Shown: positions 37,540 to 50,062, numbered from the whole stretch's first letter. The stretch is DNA of 63,134 bases, filler included, from Squatina squatina (GCA_031763465.1; 4 parts of 4 records of this genome joined end to end with filler, not necessarily neighbours in it), one strand, 5' to 3'. The notes: generated by a model not told the origin, from the sequence alone. Translations and numbers: made by a program.

Positions 37540-37935
37540 TCTCAAATCATAGAGACCTGATCCCATGCCCGACGTTTGTTCAGTATCAGGGAATTAGAGA
37601 GCTCCAACTGATCTCAGCAACAAATTAAGAGAAAAATAAAATAAACCTTGTAGCTCCTGATCCATTATCCAGTGGTCCTTGACTAGAAGTACAGGTGAAG
37701 AATGGCAGGTGACTAATAAGATCAAGCTTGACTGTGATATTCTTCCCATAGTTGACTAGGTTCAAGTGGAACCTCCATATTGAATATCATTCACAGTTGA
37801 ATGACATTCAATATGGAGGCTCAGACATTAAGTATATTCAAAACAGAGATTGATAGATTTCTANNNNNNNNNNGCTCAGACATGAAGAGTAGTCACAGGG
37901 GAGAGGCCGTGTTGAGCTGCTGGCACCTGTAGAAT
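37540..37935 (+). mobile_element. old SINE with a Deu-like central domain, carrying a nested insertion
   Basis: gactgtgatattcttcccatagttga...gctcagacatgaagagtagtcac resembles the conserved central domain of shark SINEs as recalled. Confidence 0.4.
37772..37819. repeat. 22-bp inverted repeat with 4-nt loop
   Basis: cctccatattgaatatcattca-cagt-tgaatgacattcaatatggagg, 21 of 22 positions complementary. Confidence 0.95.
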
Positions 37936-38984
37936 TGTACATCAACATAATTCACTGCCGACAGGAGCTGGAAGGGAAGAAAAAAGAAACCCTGTATTCC
38001 CACAGTGCCCACTTAACTCACAGCACCTGTGCCACTGTCAGGTTTTACAAGGGAGTCCTCATAAGTGAAAACATAAGTAATTTCTATGCATTTAGATGTG
38101 ATTTAATAGGTCAAAGAGTGCCTAGCAAAAATGGCACAGCAAATATGAACTCAAATAGTTCAGCTCAGGATTGAGTAAGTCTTTTGTGCCATAGAAAATG
38201 TGAAATTTAAATTATTACTTGTTTGAGTAATTTAAACATTTTTGAAACTTATATATAAGCTGGTTGCCTTTCATTGTAGTTCAGAGGTAAAAAGCAATTG
38301 TATAACAACAAAGGCAAATAAGACTTTTGGCTTATTAGTGGGAACTTTATAAGTTGTAGATGTCTTTGAGACACAAATGTAAACCACTAACCATTAAAAA
38401 GATAGGCTGGTAATACACAGTAAAGTAAGTAAGTAGGTGCTGTGAACTCTGAAGGATCCAAGACCCATCTGATATAATTTTTTTTCTGGTAGCTGAGCCA
38501 GTGCCTCCCCCTTATGGTTACCCAACCAGGCTGTGATGTGGCTTTTTGCTCACCAAACTCTATCCATTTTATCTCTAACGAGCCATAACTGAAAAAACTG
38601 CAGGAAAATTTTGTAATAATGTTGTACAGTTGAAAACATTATTCAATATTGCACAACTGCTTGAAGCAGACCTACACTCTAAATGCACCATCAGACTGTG
38701 TCTCTTTAAATAATGGCCACACAGGAATAGTCAGAATCTACAACAAAACCTGGAGACATGACAATAAAATAGAAAATGAAGTCACAGAAAGTCTGATAGT
38801 AATGAATGCCTCTAGGTGAAGGTCTTAAATTCTGTCCCAATAGAATAATTTCCTATAATNNNNNNNNNNNNNNNNNNNNNNNNNNNNNNNNNNNNNNNNN
38901 NNNNNNNNNNNNNNNNNNNNNNNNNNNNNNNNNNNNNNNNNNNNNNNNNNNNNNNNNNNGGGAGTGGGGTGGGGATGGAGGGAA

Positions 38985-39092
38985 GGGGGAGCGGGGTGGG
39001 GAGCGGTAATTCGAGTGGGGAGTAGGCTCGACTGGAGAATAAACTCCCAGCATGCACGCGTTGGGCCGAATAGCCTGTTCCTGTGCTGTCGG
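38985..39092 (+). mobile_element. CR1-type 3' tail
   Basis: ...gttgggccgaatagcctgttcctgtgctgt, the CR1 terminal hairpin region. Confidence 0.6.
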
Positions 39093-39188
39093 TTTCGAGA
39101 AGCGTTACCAGCGGGCGAGAGAAAATGATGACCCACAGAATCCAGAAGCAACTTCATTTATTCGCAACTCGGAGATGTGATTTATTTT

Positions 39189-39289
39189 TTAAACATGCTG
39201 CTCCTTGATATTGTTTCCAGCAAAGCGGCGGCTACGATCACAGAATGCACGCTTGATCCAGCAGCATGGTGATGTCTGTTCCATTGAGC
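39189..39289 (-). CDS. candidate terminal exon of an unidentified gene, (G)SMEQTSPCCWIKRAFCDRSRRFAGNNIKEQHV*; frame uncertain
   Basis: Good acceptor atttctcctctgttttcag|39289, CpG-rich, with two AATAAA just after the stop (about 39181-39186 and 39158-39163). Confidence 0.4.
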
Positions 39290-39504
39290 CTGAAAACAGA
39301 GGAGAAATGGTGAATAATCGTCGCCTGAGATGGTGCTCGTTCCCTCCACATTTGTCCTGTCGAAGCCCTCTGATTGGCTCCCTCCAACGCTCGCGGATAA
39401 ATCCCAGGGGATCTCTTCGCACAAAGCTGCGTCACCAACAAGGGCATATTGGCAAGTTAATTCGCCAGAGGCTCCTGCCATACCCACTGGTCACCATCCC
39501 AAAC

Positions 39505-39592
39505 CGCTCGTACTCATTCCCGGGACGCCATGCCAGGAGGACAGGTTCACCAAGTTGCTCTTTAAGGGGCTGATATTCCGCCGCTCAATCAC
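39505..39592 (-). CDS. candidate internal exon VIERRNISPLKSNLVNLSSWHGVPGMSTS
   Basis: Acceptor ctaccgttttatgttaag|39592 and a weak donor G|GTTTGG. At 88 nt (phase 0-1) it is compatible with the exon at 39289. Confidence 0.3.
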
Positions 39593-39729
39593 CTTAACAT
39601 AAAACGGTAGATGCGAGTACAACAGGAGGTGTAACGTTGGCGGCAAGTTCTGGTGGTCTTTGTGTCTGTGTCGCGTGTCCACACCCCCTTTTCCTTGTTC
39701 TGCTTCTTCTTAAATGCTGCTTACCTGTA

Positions 39730-39858
39730 GTTCTCAGAAATAATTCAACACCAAAAACGTTGACTTGTGTTCACGACAGATGCTGCCTGGTGTGCTGAGT
39801 GTTTCCAGCTTCTGTTTATGATTTAAATTTCCCAACATCTGTGATGTTTTGCTTTTTT
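39730..39858 (+). mobile_element. degenerate Penelope-type terminal repeat
   Basis: aaacgttgac...acagatgctgcctggtgtgctgagtgtttccagc...caacatctgtgatgttttgctttt. Confidence 0.65.
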
Positions 39859-40616
39859 GTTCAGGATGATTTTAATGTTGGGGGTTCCAAGATTCAGTTA
39901 CCCATATGTCCTTCAGATTCTGCATAACTTTTGACATTAATCAGGCGGGGATACATTCTAAATGAGGTGAAAACCACTTGACTCCTTTTTCTACTTGGCT
40001 TACTTATTTCAATGTTAATAGAGAACCATACTGATTGTACACAGGCGCCTTGCTTACAGAAATGATCAGCAATAGTGGAGTATAGAATGCAAACATTGCA
40101 ATAGTGGGATAATTGTCAAACCTCTACTGCTAATTTCCAGAGAGTAGAAAATTGATTTTTTATATAGATTTTAGCAAAGCTAGTATAAATAGCACACATC
40201 ATCCATCAGAGTGAGGCAACTACATGAAAAATGAAACTGTTTACCACAGAAAAAGAAAACTCTTTCAGTCACTGCTGTCCACCTATTTTAATGACTTTGT
40301 ATTAGTTCTAATTATTTTTTTTAAATCACAGTATTGAACACAAAGCTTTCAAACAAAATGTTCTGTAATCTTCATTGTTTCCTGAGTTAATGCTAATGAT
40401 CTAAAGGGTGTCTACTCTTATGAAAATAAAAGTACTCTTTGTGTTCGTAATGTAGACAACACCCAGCTATAGGGAGTAATTTGGTAAACGGGTGGCTGAT
40501 TTAACATATGTGTGCGCTCTGCCATGGAATTGCAGCTTTACGTCTACAATTCCCAACCCTTTGAGCATCTGATCTTAGATGAGGTGTTATGGTAGGTAGC
40601 AACCAAAAGAAAAGAA

Positions 40617-40716
40617 AGACTTGCATTTATATAGCGCCTTTTACAACCTCAGGTCTTCCCAAAGCGCGTTACAGCCAATGAAGTATTTTTGAAGTGTAGT
40701 CGCTGTTGTAATGTAG
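40617..40716 (-). mobile_element. SINE 3' tail sharing the L2 terminus
   Basis: agacttgcatttatatagcgccttttacaacctcagg...acagccaatgaagtatttttgaagtgtagtc. Confidence 0.8.
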
Positions 40717-40789
40717 GACACTGTCCAGATAGAGAATCGGAATTATACCAGACTGAAATGTTAACCCTAGAGTGCCAAGACCAAGGTTC

Positions 40790-41210
40790 TTTGAGTTAAA
40801 TCGCTGTGTTCTGCTTCTCAACTTCAACTTGCCTGCTATCAGCTACTGAAGTTAAAAGTCGGCAATTCAAAATGGTGACCATGCTGCTCCCTTTAAATAG
40901 CGGCGGCGCATCCACAATGATCATGTCAATGTTGAAAATTTCTGTTGTTGGCAGTGTCCTCTCTTTGCAGCCGGAGTGGTGACCATTTCCATAGATGTTG
41001 CACAGACGTCGTGCACGATGACGTCATCATTGTCGTGCGCTGCCGTTATTACCATCGCTGGCCAAGAACCTCTAGTACCGGGCTAATGCCGGCACACATC
41101 AATGCCCAATTCCGCTGCAACTAGAATAATTGCCACCAGCAGGTGGTAACGATGTAACGCCATTTTTAGCGCCCGATTAGCGCCACCTTTTCTACTCCAA
41201 TTCGGCCCCC
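40790..41210. mobile_element. GC-rich non-autonomous DNA transposon (probably Harbinger-derived MITE)
   Basis: CpG-rich, with an internal palindrome around TGACGTCA, ending ccaattcggcccc. No ORF. Confidence 0.45.
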
Positions 41211-42714
41211 AAGTTCTTTATCATTATAAATTTAATTGAAATTGTCATTGAAGTATTTAATTTTTCAAAAAGCAGAGCAAGCATTACGGCTTCTTTAGAG
41301 CAGAATATTTATAAACAAAAATGTGCTTTACTCAACCTCTCCATTTTTAGCCTCATGAATATTAATTAACTTTTACAACAAGAACCTTTTGAAGAATTGC
41401 ACAGGGAAAAGTGAAGAAGGAAATAGTGTTTATTTTAAGTTATTTTTATGATATGACAGTTGAGTTCCTTTCATGTTTCTCGATTTAGGAAATTAGTTTA
41501 GATGCATTTCAGAAATGTGTATCAGAGGATTCCGCTGGGATTGTGATGGAATATGATGTGATTTTGAGAAACTGAGTTGGCCAAAGTTATTCGAGAGTTG
41601 AGCAAACAAGACATTGCCTANNNNNNNNNNNNNNNNNNNNNNNNNNNNNNNNNNNNNNNNNNNNNNNNNNNNNNNNNNNNNNNNNNNNNNNNNNNNNNNN
41701 NNNNNNNNNNNNNNNNNNNNCCTCTATACTGCCCCGTCGGCATTCACGCCAGCTACTCCACCGGTATTGGGAATGGGATTCTGGTTCGCAGCGATCAATG
41801 GCAGCACCTACTGACAAAAACAGAAAGATCTGTAAATCCCTGAGAGAGTCAATCAAGTTAATTTCCCCTTAATAGTTAAGCTCCAAACTCAGTTTAGAGC
41901 AAAGTAGAGTGAGATATTTATGCAAACAGTGATTGAGAATTCCAAAACAAAACAGAGAACAACTTTCCTCCCTCCCTTCCCCCCCATTTGGTATGCTTGA
42001 TTAAATTTGGATCATTTGCTGATTTAATTTGCCCATTTTAAGTCTATTCACAAAGACTTGAATGTTGCCCAAAGCAGACTTCTTTGCATTCATTAACATC
42101 ACTTCTTTTTAAGAAATGGCAGATGGCATTGCATCACAAGGGACAACATGTCTGAGATGTGTAATGCCAGCTTGGGGTCTTGCATTTGGCAGACAGTTGG
42201 CATCTGTGGCTGAAACTCATCAGGTGTTTCTGCATTTTAAGCGTGCTGGAGGAATGTACTTAATTACAGATGCTCTTCTGGTTATGCATCCACATTTCTT
42301 GGGAGTCTGCTGTTGACTATGTGGCCATTTATAAGAATGCCTGTTTAGCATAGTGCCACACATCATATGTTCTGATGAAGAGCCCCAAGCAGAGGTAGCT
42401 GTAGAAGTACTGGAAAGGTGGGCAGCACCAGTAGAATAGAATAGTGAACTAAAGTCCCACAAGTTATACTTGACCCCAGCAGGGATCGCTGGTTTGCAAT
42501 TAGAACAGGAATCTTACCTGATTTCCCCCACTGTAACAGAGAGATGTTGATATTGTGCCACCCTGGCTGACATCAGTCAACTGAGCACAGAACAGGGATC
42601 AAGCTGGATCCTTTCTGGTCTATATGACTCCGCTACTGACAGGATCCACGGTCCACAGTCTCTAAATTGCCAGACTGCTTGTCTTCTGGATGAGCAGAAA
42701 TTTTCTCCAATTAA

Positions 42715-43076
42715 ATATTGGGAAGACCGAAGCTATTGTTTTCAGCCCCCACCACAAACTCCATTCCCTAGCCACCGACTCCATCCCTCTCCCCAACATC
42801 TGTTTGAGGCTGAACTACACTGTTCACAACGTTGGTGTCATATGAAATGAGCTTCCAACCGCATATCCACGGCATAACTAAAACCGCCTATTGTCACCTC
42901 CATAATGGTGCCTGTCTCCGCCCTTGCCTCAGCTAATCTGCTGCTGAAACCTTCATCTATGCCGTTGTTACCTCTAAACCTGACTATTCCAACGCACTCC
43001 TAGCTGGCCTCCCATGTTCTACCCTACGAAAACTTGATATCATCCAAAATTTGGCTGCCTGTGTCCTAACTCGCAC
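42715..43076 (+). mobile_element. L2-clade LINE ORF2 fragment
   Basis: aatattgggaagaccgaagctattgttttc (NIGKTEAIVF) through gctgctgaaaccttcatctatgcc...gactattccaacgcactcctagctggcctccc, homologous to 30240-30375. Confidence 0.85.
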
Positions 43077-43562
43077 NNNNNNNNNNNNNNNNNNNNNNNN
43101 NNNNNNNNNNNNNNNNNNNNNNNNNNNNNNNNNNNNNNNNNNNNNNNNNNNNNNNNNNNNNNNNNNNNNNNNNNNNCCTGGGTGTACCTTTGTGCAGTGC
43201 TTGTCAGTGCAGCATCTCAATGCTGTAGAACACTGACAGCACAATTTCAAACTAAATATGCGAATGGTCCTTTTAAGGAAACCAGCTGATGACACAACAT
43301 CAAATGTCATCATCAGACCCACTTCCCTCAATTGCCCGGCAAACACGCTGGGCGGGCTTAACAAGCCCAATTAAGGTAAAATCATTTCACAGAGCAGGCT
43401 GGAGCCGGCAGTGGGGCCGGGACCCGCCATCGACATCACTCGCCAAGGACCCGCTGAGGTCAGAGAAATCATGGCCTGTGTTTCTACTTGTCTCCTACTA
43501 TCTAATCTGCTGTGTTCCCATCTCGCCGTCTTGGGGATTGCCTGATTTTAATTTTGTTAAAG

Positions 43563-43666
43563 GCAGTGGCGGTTTTGAGAGCCATTGGCTAAGCAAGGCC
43601 CTGCAGTCCAGCTGGCAGCAGGCCCTCCTGCAAGAGGCTGCATCGGCCATCGACAGTGCTGTCCAG
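43563..43666 (+). CDS. candidate coding exon (G)SGGFESHWLSKALQSSWQQALLQEAASAIDSAVQ, unidentified
   Basis: Acceptor ttttaattttgttaaag|43563, donor CAG|GTAAAA, 104 nt. Only one frame is open, with coding-like GC3-rich codons. Confidence 0.4.
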
Positions 43667-45699
43667 GTAAAATCATGTCAGTGTGCATCCGATGTCATCG
43701 GAACTCTATTTGAACTTATTACTGTGGCACCTGCCTCTTTCCAATGGTTATGTAAGTCGGTTTTCCCATTTTTACTGCTTCTTTGCCCTGTTGGCATCAA
43801 GCGTGTTTGGTTAAAATCAAGGCCTTTGTCTCTTTCTGTCTCTCTGTATGGTTGTGAGCTATGTTTCCATTTTGTTGCCTCTGTATCTGTCTCTGCATTT
43901 GTACCTGTGGATCTCTGAGTCTGCCTCACTCTTTTTCTCCATTCTGTGTAAAATTGTCTTTCCTTTTGTCTCCTCTCTCTTTAAAATGTGTCCTATTCTC
44001 TGCGTATGCCTCATGTCTCACTCAGTATGTATGTCTGTATATCTTTATTTTGCTCTTTGTTCTACCCAGATACCATGGCTTTTGCAAGGAGTCAATGTAT
44101 GTTTTTGGAGGAGGAAATGGATTCACATTTTAATTTAATTCTTTAGCCACTAACAGATGCACACTTTCCTCCGTGGAACTGTTCTTTTGATTATTTCTAC
44201 CCTGCCATTTTCCACTTCTTGCTGCCAGCAAAAATATTAAACTCATTTATAAAGGTCGAGTGGCCCATTATGGATTGTTAGACTTATGTGACTAGGCAGC
44301 TGAATTGATTGCCGTAATAAACTTACAAAAATGAACAATATTACTTTGGATTGGAAATCCAGCCCATTGGCTTTCAGCTGGGTATTTAATTATAAGGTGC
44401 CAATCTAAATGTTTACAAAATGTAATAATATTAATTAAAATGACCTAACTGAGATAAAGCCTTCAAAGCCTTTTAATACTTTGTCAAAACAGAGCATCAA
44501 CTGATTTTTCTCTTTGTTAGTAAAGGTCACCTTTTTCGCTGTAGCTGATGTCAATGGCAGATTAAGTTGTTTACTGTTGTATAATGACTAGATTCAAAGT
44601 TAAATCTGTACTCACTGTATACATATGTAATTCTTGTCTTGTAACTGGAATATCTCCAGCAGGTAGCAAAAATGTAAAGTGTGTGTAGTGTTATCGAGTT
44701 TTAATCATGGTCTTTGTTTGTCTCAGACTGCATACAGTGTATGTCCCCCAGATCTGTCACCAGGTTGTCGCTAAGTTCAGAATGGTCTCGTGGGCTATTT
44801 GGGTCAGAAAATGTGTTCCCTTTTCACAAGGTGGAACGACTTATAATTATATAATACTCTCATGGAGCAGCAATGTTGAATACAAAGGTTGTGCAGATCT
44901 GAAAGGCTTGAAATATTGGTGTTATTGAAAAGAATGATGAATTGAATGATGCCAAAGATACGTAGGGTCATGTTCCATAAACGTCTCTGGAGTGAGGGAG
45001 ACCTATGCCATCTTAGAAACAGCATCTGCTGTTGCCTTGCACCAGCGATTGGTAATTACACTGTTCCTGCTGTCTTCATGTAGTAAAGATTGTGTTGTTA
45101 AATATCAAGAGCACTGATGTTGAGGACTGTTTCAAATGGAATCGGCTATGGTTGTAACAGATTTTACTGAATATATTATCCTGGTGTGGTCCAGACCTGG
45201 ATCCCGCAGAAGAAAAAAATGGNNNNNNNNNNNNNNNNNNNNNNNNNNNNNNNNNNNNNNNNNNNNNNNNNNNNNNNNNNNNNNNNNNNNNNNNNNNNNN
45301 NNNNNNNNNNNNNNNNNNNNNNACATGTTGAAAGGTAAAGTACAAACCTGTTTGTCACTGTCTCCAGAATCATTTCAGACACATTACACTGACCACTGAT
45401 CAAATCCTGGAGGAATTTTGAATTCTGATGAAATTGTCCATCTTTAAAACTTTTTATAATTGCTGTTTTTAGAAAGTCAAACACCTAAAACGTAAATAAA
45501 CAAAAATCATCAAAAGAACCCATCTCTGGGAAGAGCAATTCCAATATATTGTTCAGCCATCTTTCATACGTGTCAGCAACACTATCTGAAACTATTGAAA
45601 AAAAAACAACTATTTTTGAAGATTATATATATTTAACATTATTTATTAGGATATATAACCACAAACTCTGGAAATATACAGCACCTGAAAGAGAGGTCA

Positions 45700-46203
45700 C
45701 TATTTCAAATTCCTCCGCGGGGCATAAGGGTTGCACCTGTCGGTGGTAATGACAGCCGTGGCCCCTTAAAGGTGAAGGCCGCTAGCGTCAGCGACCACCA
45801 TCTTTTTTTTGTTGGCCGACTCTTTGGTCAATCAACCAGTGGCGGCCCACGCCCCAACCGGGACGCCATCCGCTTGCCCGGCATGCCGACTAGTGTGTCG
45901 GGCTAGTGGTCCAGTCATTGATATCCCTAGTGGTCCAGTGCCAGCGGTAGGACCGCTAGTGAGTTTTCCGGCCGCCGTCCCCTTTGAGGTGACGAGGCCT
46001 CGGCTGGCGTCAGCGCTCGGAGTGTGGCGCTGACGTATTCAGCGTCACACTTCCGCCTTATCATCCAGATACTGGGCAGCGCGCCGCCTCAGTTCCGGGG
46101 CGGTAACCCCAATACCGTGCCAGGGGCGCAAGGTCCAGTGCAAAAAATCCCTGCCCCAGAGCCCTAACGGCCCCGGCGCAGCGCTGAGAAATTTTGACCC
46201 CTA
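45700..46203. mobile_element. very GC/CpG-rich non-autonomous DNA transposon (MITE-like)
   Basis: Sharp GC-rich island with repeated ctagtggtccagt, ending aaattttgacccc followed by ta. Confidence 0.45.
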
Positions 46204-46907
46204 TATCCTTTACATCACTAATCTAATATACAGTGGTTGACTTAAACAATGTTCTGTTTGTTCACTTGGGCCATAACAAATTGAGTCTTCAGGTTATAAT
46301 CATTTTATTCTTTAACTTCAGCATTAAAGCAATTTACAAGCGGAGTGCAGGCACAGATAGAGCACTTGAACTTTGGCATGGGTCCTTTCGTGCTCTCAAA
46401 CAAAAAGGAAAAAAAACTTACACTTATACATTGTTTTCTTATCAAACTGGAGCAGGCATTGCCTCATATGGCAGCCTCTGGCTACTGCATTGTCCAGAGA
46501 CACAAGGCTGCACTTTTTTCAATATACATCAACAACATTAGAAGCACACTAAGTCTTTCTGTGGTACCTTCCAGTCTCTAGACTTTCCCATCCTGACACA
46601 GTATCTCTAATCTAAACATTCTATTCTATTCTATTCAAGGTCAGTTGGTTAGCTGTTGCTAAGTAAAATCTATCTCTCTCTCTCCAATGATACCAACCAC
46701 ATTTCTTGCCCTACATCGAATGAACTAAACATGAACACCTTTCAGAAGCTGAATTAACCGAATTCCATATGCCAACAGCTCTCTCATTCCCAAAGTTTCA
46801 AATTTAAAATTCTCATCCTCATGTTAAAATTTGTTCATAGCTTCAGCCTTCTGTACCTCCACCAGCCCTACAACCCCTAAACTCCAAACTTTCTATTCCT
46901 CTGATGG

Positions 46908-46995
46908 ACAGCCTTGGCTCAGTGGTGGCACTCAGCTCTGAGCAGAAAGTCATCAGTTCAAGCCCTACTCCAGAGACTTGGAACATATAATCTAT
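46908..46995 (+). mobile_element. tRNA-derived SINE head
   Basis: A-box TGGCTCAGTGG and B-box-like AGTTCAAGCC, followed by tactccagagacttg. No cloverleaf 3' arm. Confidence 0.7.
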
Positions 46996-48779
46996 AATAT
47001 GCCAACAATCACATAAAATAAAATACAGGCATTTCTCATTGGTCACCATTGGCATAGAACAGCTCACGGCCTATCCCTTCTTCACCTTAGTGAGTGTACA
47101 AATTTGGCTGAGATTGAAATATTAGCTGGTTGTTCAAGAACCGCTATAAGCAACCTCTGTTGGATCCCTAGCACAGCAATTAAGAACCATTCAGATAGAC
47201 ATCTTCCTGACTGTGCACATTATCAAATCTACACATTGAGAAAGGGAGGCAAAGAAATCCAACCCAAAAACCTTAGTATCAGGCCTGGAGAAGGAAAGGA
47301 TTGGGCATGCCACCTCTGTTTATAAAAAAAAAGACCTTAGTTGTGGCTTTTTAAGTTCAAAATAACAATTTATATTTGACTAGCTAGCTAGCATTGTTAT
47401 GCTATTCTGTCATATAACAGCCTGGTTCAAAGTTATTCATTCCTATTTACAAATGTATTACAGCATCAAGCTGCTATGAATAATTTAAAATTGATCTGGC
47501 CTATTGGTTATGACAGCCACAGATTTTGAAATGTATTTCTTAAAGAATAATGTTTTGATGACACAAAGTCAGTTTAGATAGCAGCAGATGTGTTAATCTG
47601 GAGAAAACAAGAAGAAAAGGTTTTTATAAAGCAAAATTTTGTCAGTAGCTATACCAGAACAAAGCAGCAAAGGTTCTAAGTGTTGGTAAACCTGCACATT
47701 TATTACCTCCATTCTTTAACAGCATATAACCGTAGTGCCATATTTCAGCTACATCATGGGAGAATAGCGGAGAGCTCACACTGCGATAAAGGTTGCTGCA
47801 ATATTTCAGATATGTCTGACCTTTTTTACTATACTTGCATGATATAATCAGCAGATGGATTTTTCTGTGAAATTCAGGTGATGGTTTTCAGTTCACTCTT
47901 ATCAAATAATTGCTGTCTGCTTTTGAAACCTGGAGACTGGATTTGCCATGATGGATTAAGATGTGCCTCAGAGACCTCACAGCATCACTTGTAAAGATGC
48001 AGATAAAAGGTTGGATTACTTTCTAATGCAATAGGTCCCTTGTATCCCATATATATATTGCCTGCTAAAGTTCACAATTAGATCAAGTTCATATTTCTAA
48101 AGGTACAACTAATTAATAGCTGTTTTAGGACAATAATTACAACTGAACATATTGTTGTAAAATAAGAATATCTGCATTTCCTGACTTACTAATTACTATT
48201 CCAAAACTGTGATGTTTTAAGTGTTTATTTTGTCACATCTGATATGGGGTTATAAAAGCACAATACTTTACATATAACCTGGATGATAAATTATTTAGTT
48301 AGTAATGTATAAGATTTTTAATGTTTAACCTATGAAAAGGGTGTGCAAAGGAAAGATTCCAGCATGGATTAAGACATCAACAGCTATCATCCTCTCAAGA
48401 AACAAGGTACTCTACATAACCGGTTACACATTTTCTGGATGACTCACAGAATGTCGTTTATCAACTTTCAATGCAATGCATTCAACTTGGCTGTCACAGA
48501 ACCATCACTGCATGCACAGGTTCAAGAGGGAGCATATTAGTAAGCAAAACTAGATGTGGTAAATGAAAGGCCGAGACATGTGAATATTTTCATCAAGTGG
48601 ATATACAGGAGCCAATACAGAAAGTGTGGGAGATAATAAAATGGAGATAGCAGGATGAATCATGAGGATATGAAGAACACAGAGAATTGTGATTTCTTGG
48701 ATGCCATTCTCACTTGTATCCATTAACTGTGCTTTGAATAACCATCATAGGGTGAACATGCTGGTCAACATACCCCAGA

Positions 48780-49226
48780 TCAGAAATCCAAAGGTGCAAA
48801 GAGGGAGATGTGCGTACAATCAATGGCACCCTTGACCCTAGGGAAGTCGGCTATATGGGCAAAGCCTACAGCTCCCTCATGTTGTGCCTGGCGACTATAC
48901 AGGAATGAGATGTACTGCCTTCTTCTCAGGTAGAGTGCGGTGGTGACCTCTCTGATACAACAGTGGGCAGCGTAATGAGAGACGTTAGAAATGTCAGCCG
49001 TCGCACTTTGAAAAGTCCCATCGGCATAAATAATTGAGTGCCACTGTGACTTTAACTGCCACAGAGAGAGCAGTGTAAGCCCTGCTCTGAGGTTGCAGGT
49101 GCAGGAGTTGGCACAGTTCCATGATCACCTCCTCTTTGAAACGCAGTCTACGACGGCATTGCTCATCGGTCATGTGAAGGTAGCGCAAGCGCCGTCTGTG
49201 AGAATACCTTCTTTGATGTCCCATTG
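48780..49226 (-). mobile_element. PIF/Harbinger DDE transposase (HARBI1-like) remnant with frameshift
   Basis: YLHMTDEQCRRRLRF...TALSVAVKVTVALN, then after a frameshift ADGTFQSATADISNVS...CIREVTTALY...ADFPRVKGAIDCTHI, which includes the catalytic GAIDCTH motif. Confidence 0.92.
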
Positions 49227-50062
49227 NNNNNNNNNNNNNNNNNNNNNNNNNNNNNNNNNNNNNNNNNNNNNNNNNNNNNNNNNNNNNNNNNNNNNNNNNN
49301 NNNNNNNNNNNNNNNNNNNNNNNNNNATTCGATATGCACAGTCACTCTCACCAATGGGAATAAATGACAGGAGTGAAAATGCCAAGATAGGTATCTCCAT
49401 TCTATTACTCAATTTCTTTAACGAGGATTTTTTTTCGAAAAACTATTAAAAAGTCATTAGAAATGTGGTACTTTATTCAATCAAACTGAGAAAATAAATA
49501 GCATTTTGCATTAAAAAGAAAGCTATGCTTGATTTCTCTGAAAAACGTCTCATTTTTGCATTTCAGCTGTGTGGGAGACAGAACTGAATTGTTACATATC
49601 ACAAGGGAAATGGAAACTAATATTTAGTGGATAATCTATGGTGCGTGCATTCCCATTCTTTCATTCAGAATTCTAAATTAACACCATTACTTTGCTGCTT
49701 CAGTACATGCAGATCTCTCTCGGAATAGCAATTGCTGGCAATATTAACATAGCTTAAGACTCCCCCTCCTTTGTAGGAGCATTCCAATAAAAGCTGCAGT
49801 TTTAGAATGTGTTTATAAAAGATACTCTTTCATAATTCAATCAAGATTCTCAAATGACTGACTGTGATACTAGGAGATGCATACTGCCTAAAAACTGGCA
49901 CTGGTATGTCCTAGAGCGGCTTTAATGCATTTGTATAGGTAGCCTTGTTATGGGAGGTGTACATTATTTGTGTGCCACATAAACTGCCTTCCCCTCTCTC
50001 TCCCAGTGTCCACTCCTCTTCTATCTTCCCTCATTCTACCTTCTTCCTGCCCCCTTCTCACT

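Noticed and set aside
43289-43918. 209-aa plus-strand ORF
   Set aside because: A composite of GC-rich repeat, a possible 104-nt exon and CT-rich low-complexity sequence, with no coherent domain.
45700-46203. CpG-island promoter or foreign (bacterial/viral) insert
   Set aside because: No meaningful ORF or exon. Its termini and motifs resemble other GC-rich MITE-like repeats in the window.
46908-46995. tRNA gene
   Set aside because: A and B boxes are present, but there is no acceptor stem or terminator and it continues into SINE body sequence.
48780-49226. Domesticated HARBI1 gene
   Set aside because: Frameshifted and decayed after the first catalytic Asp, so it is a transposon fossil.
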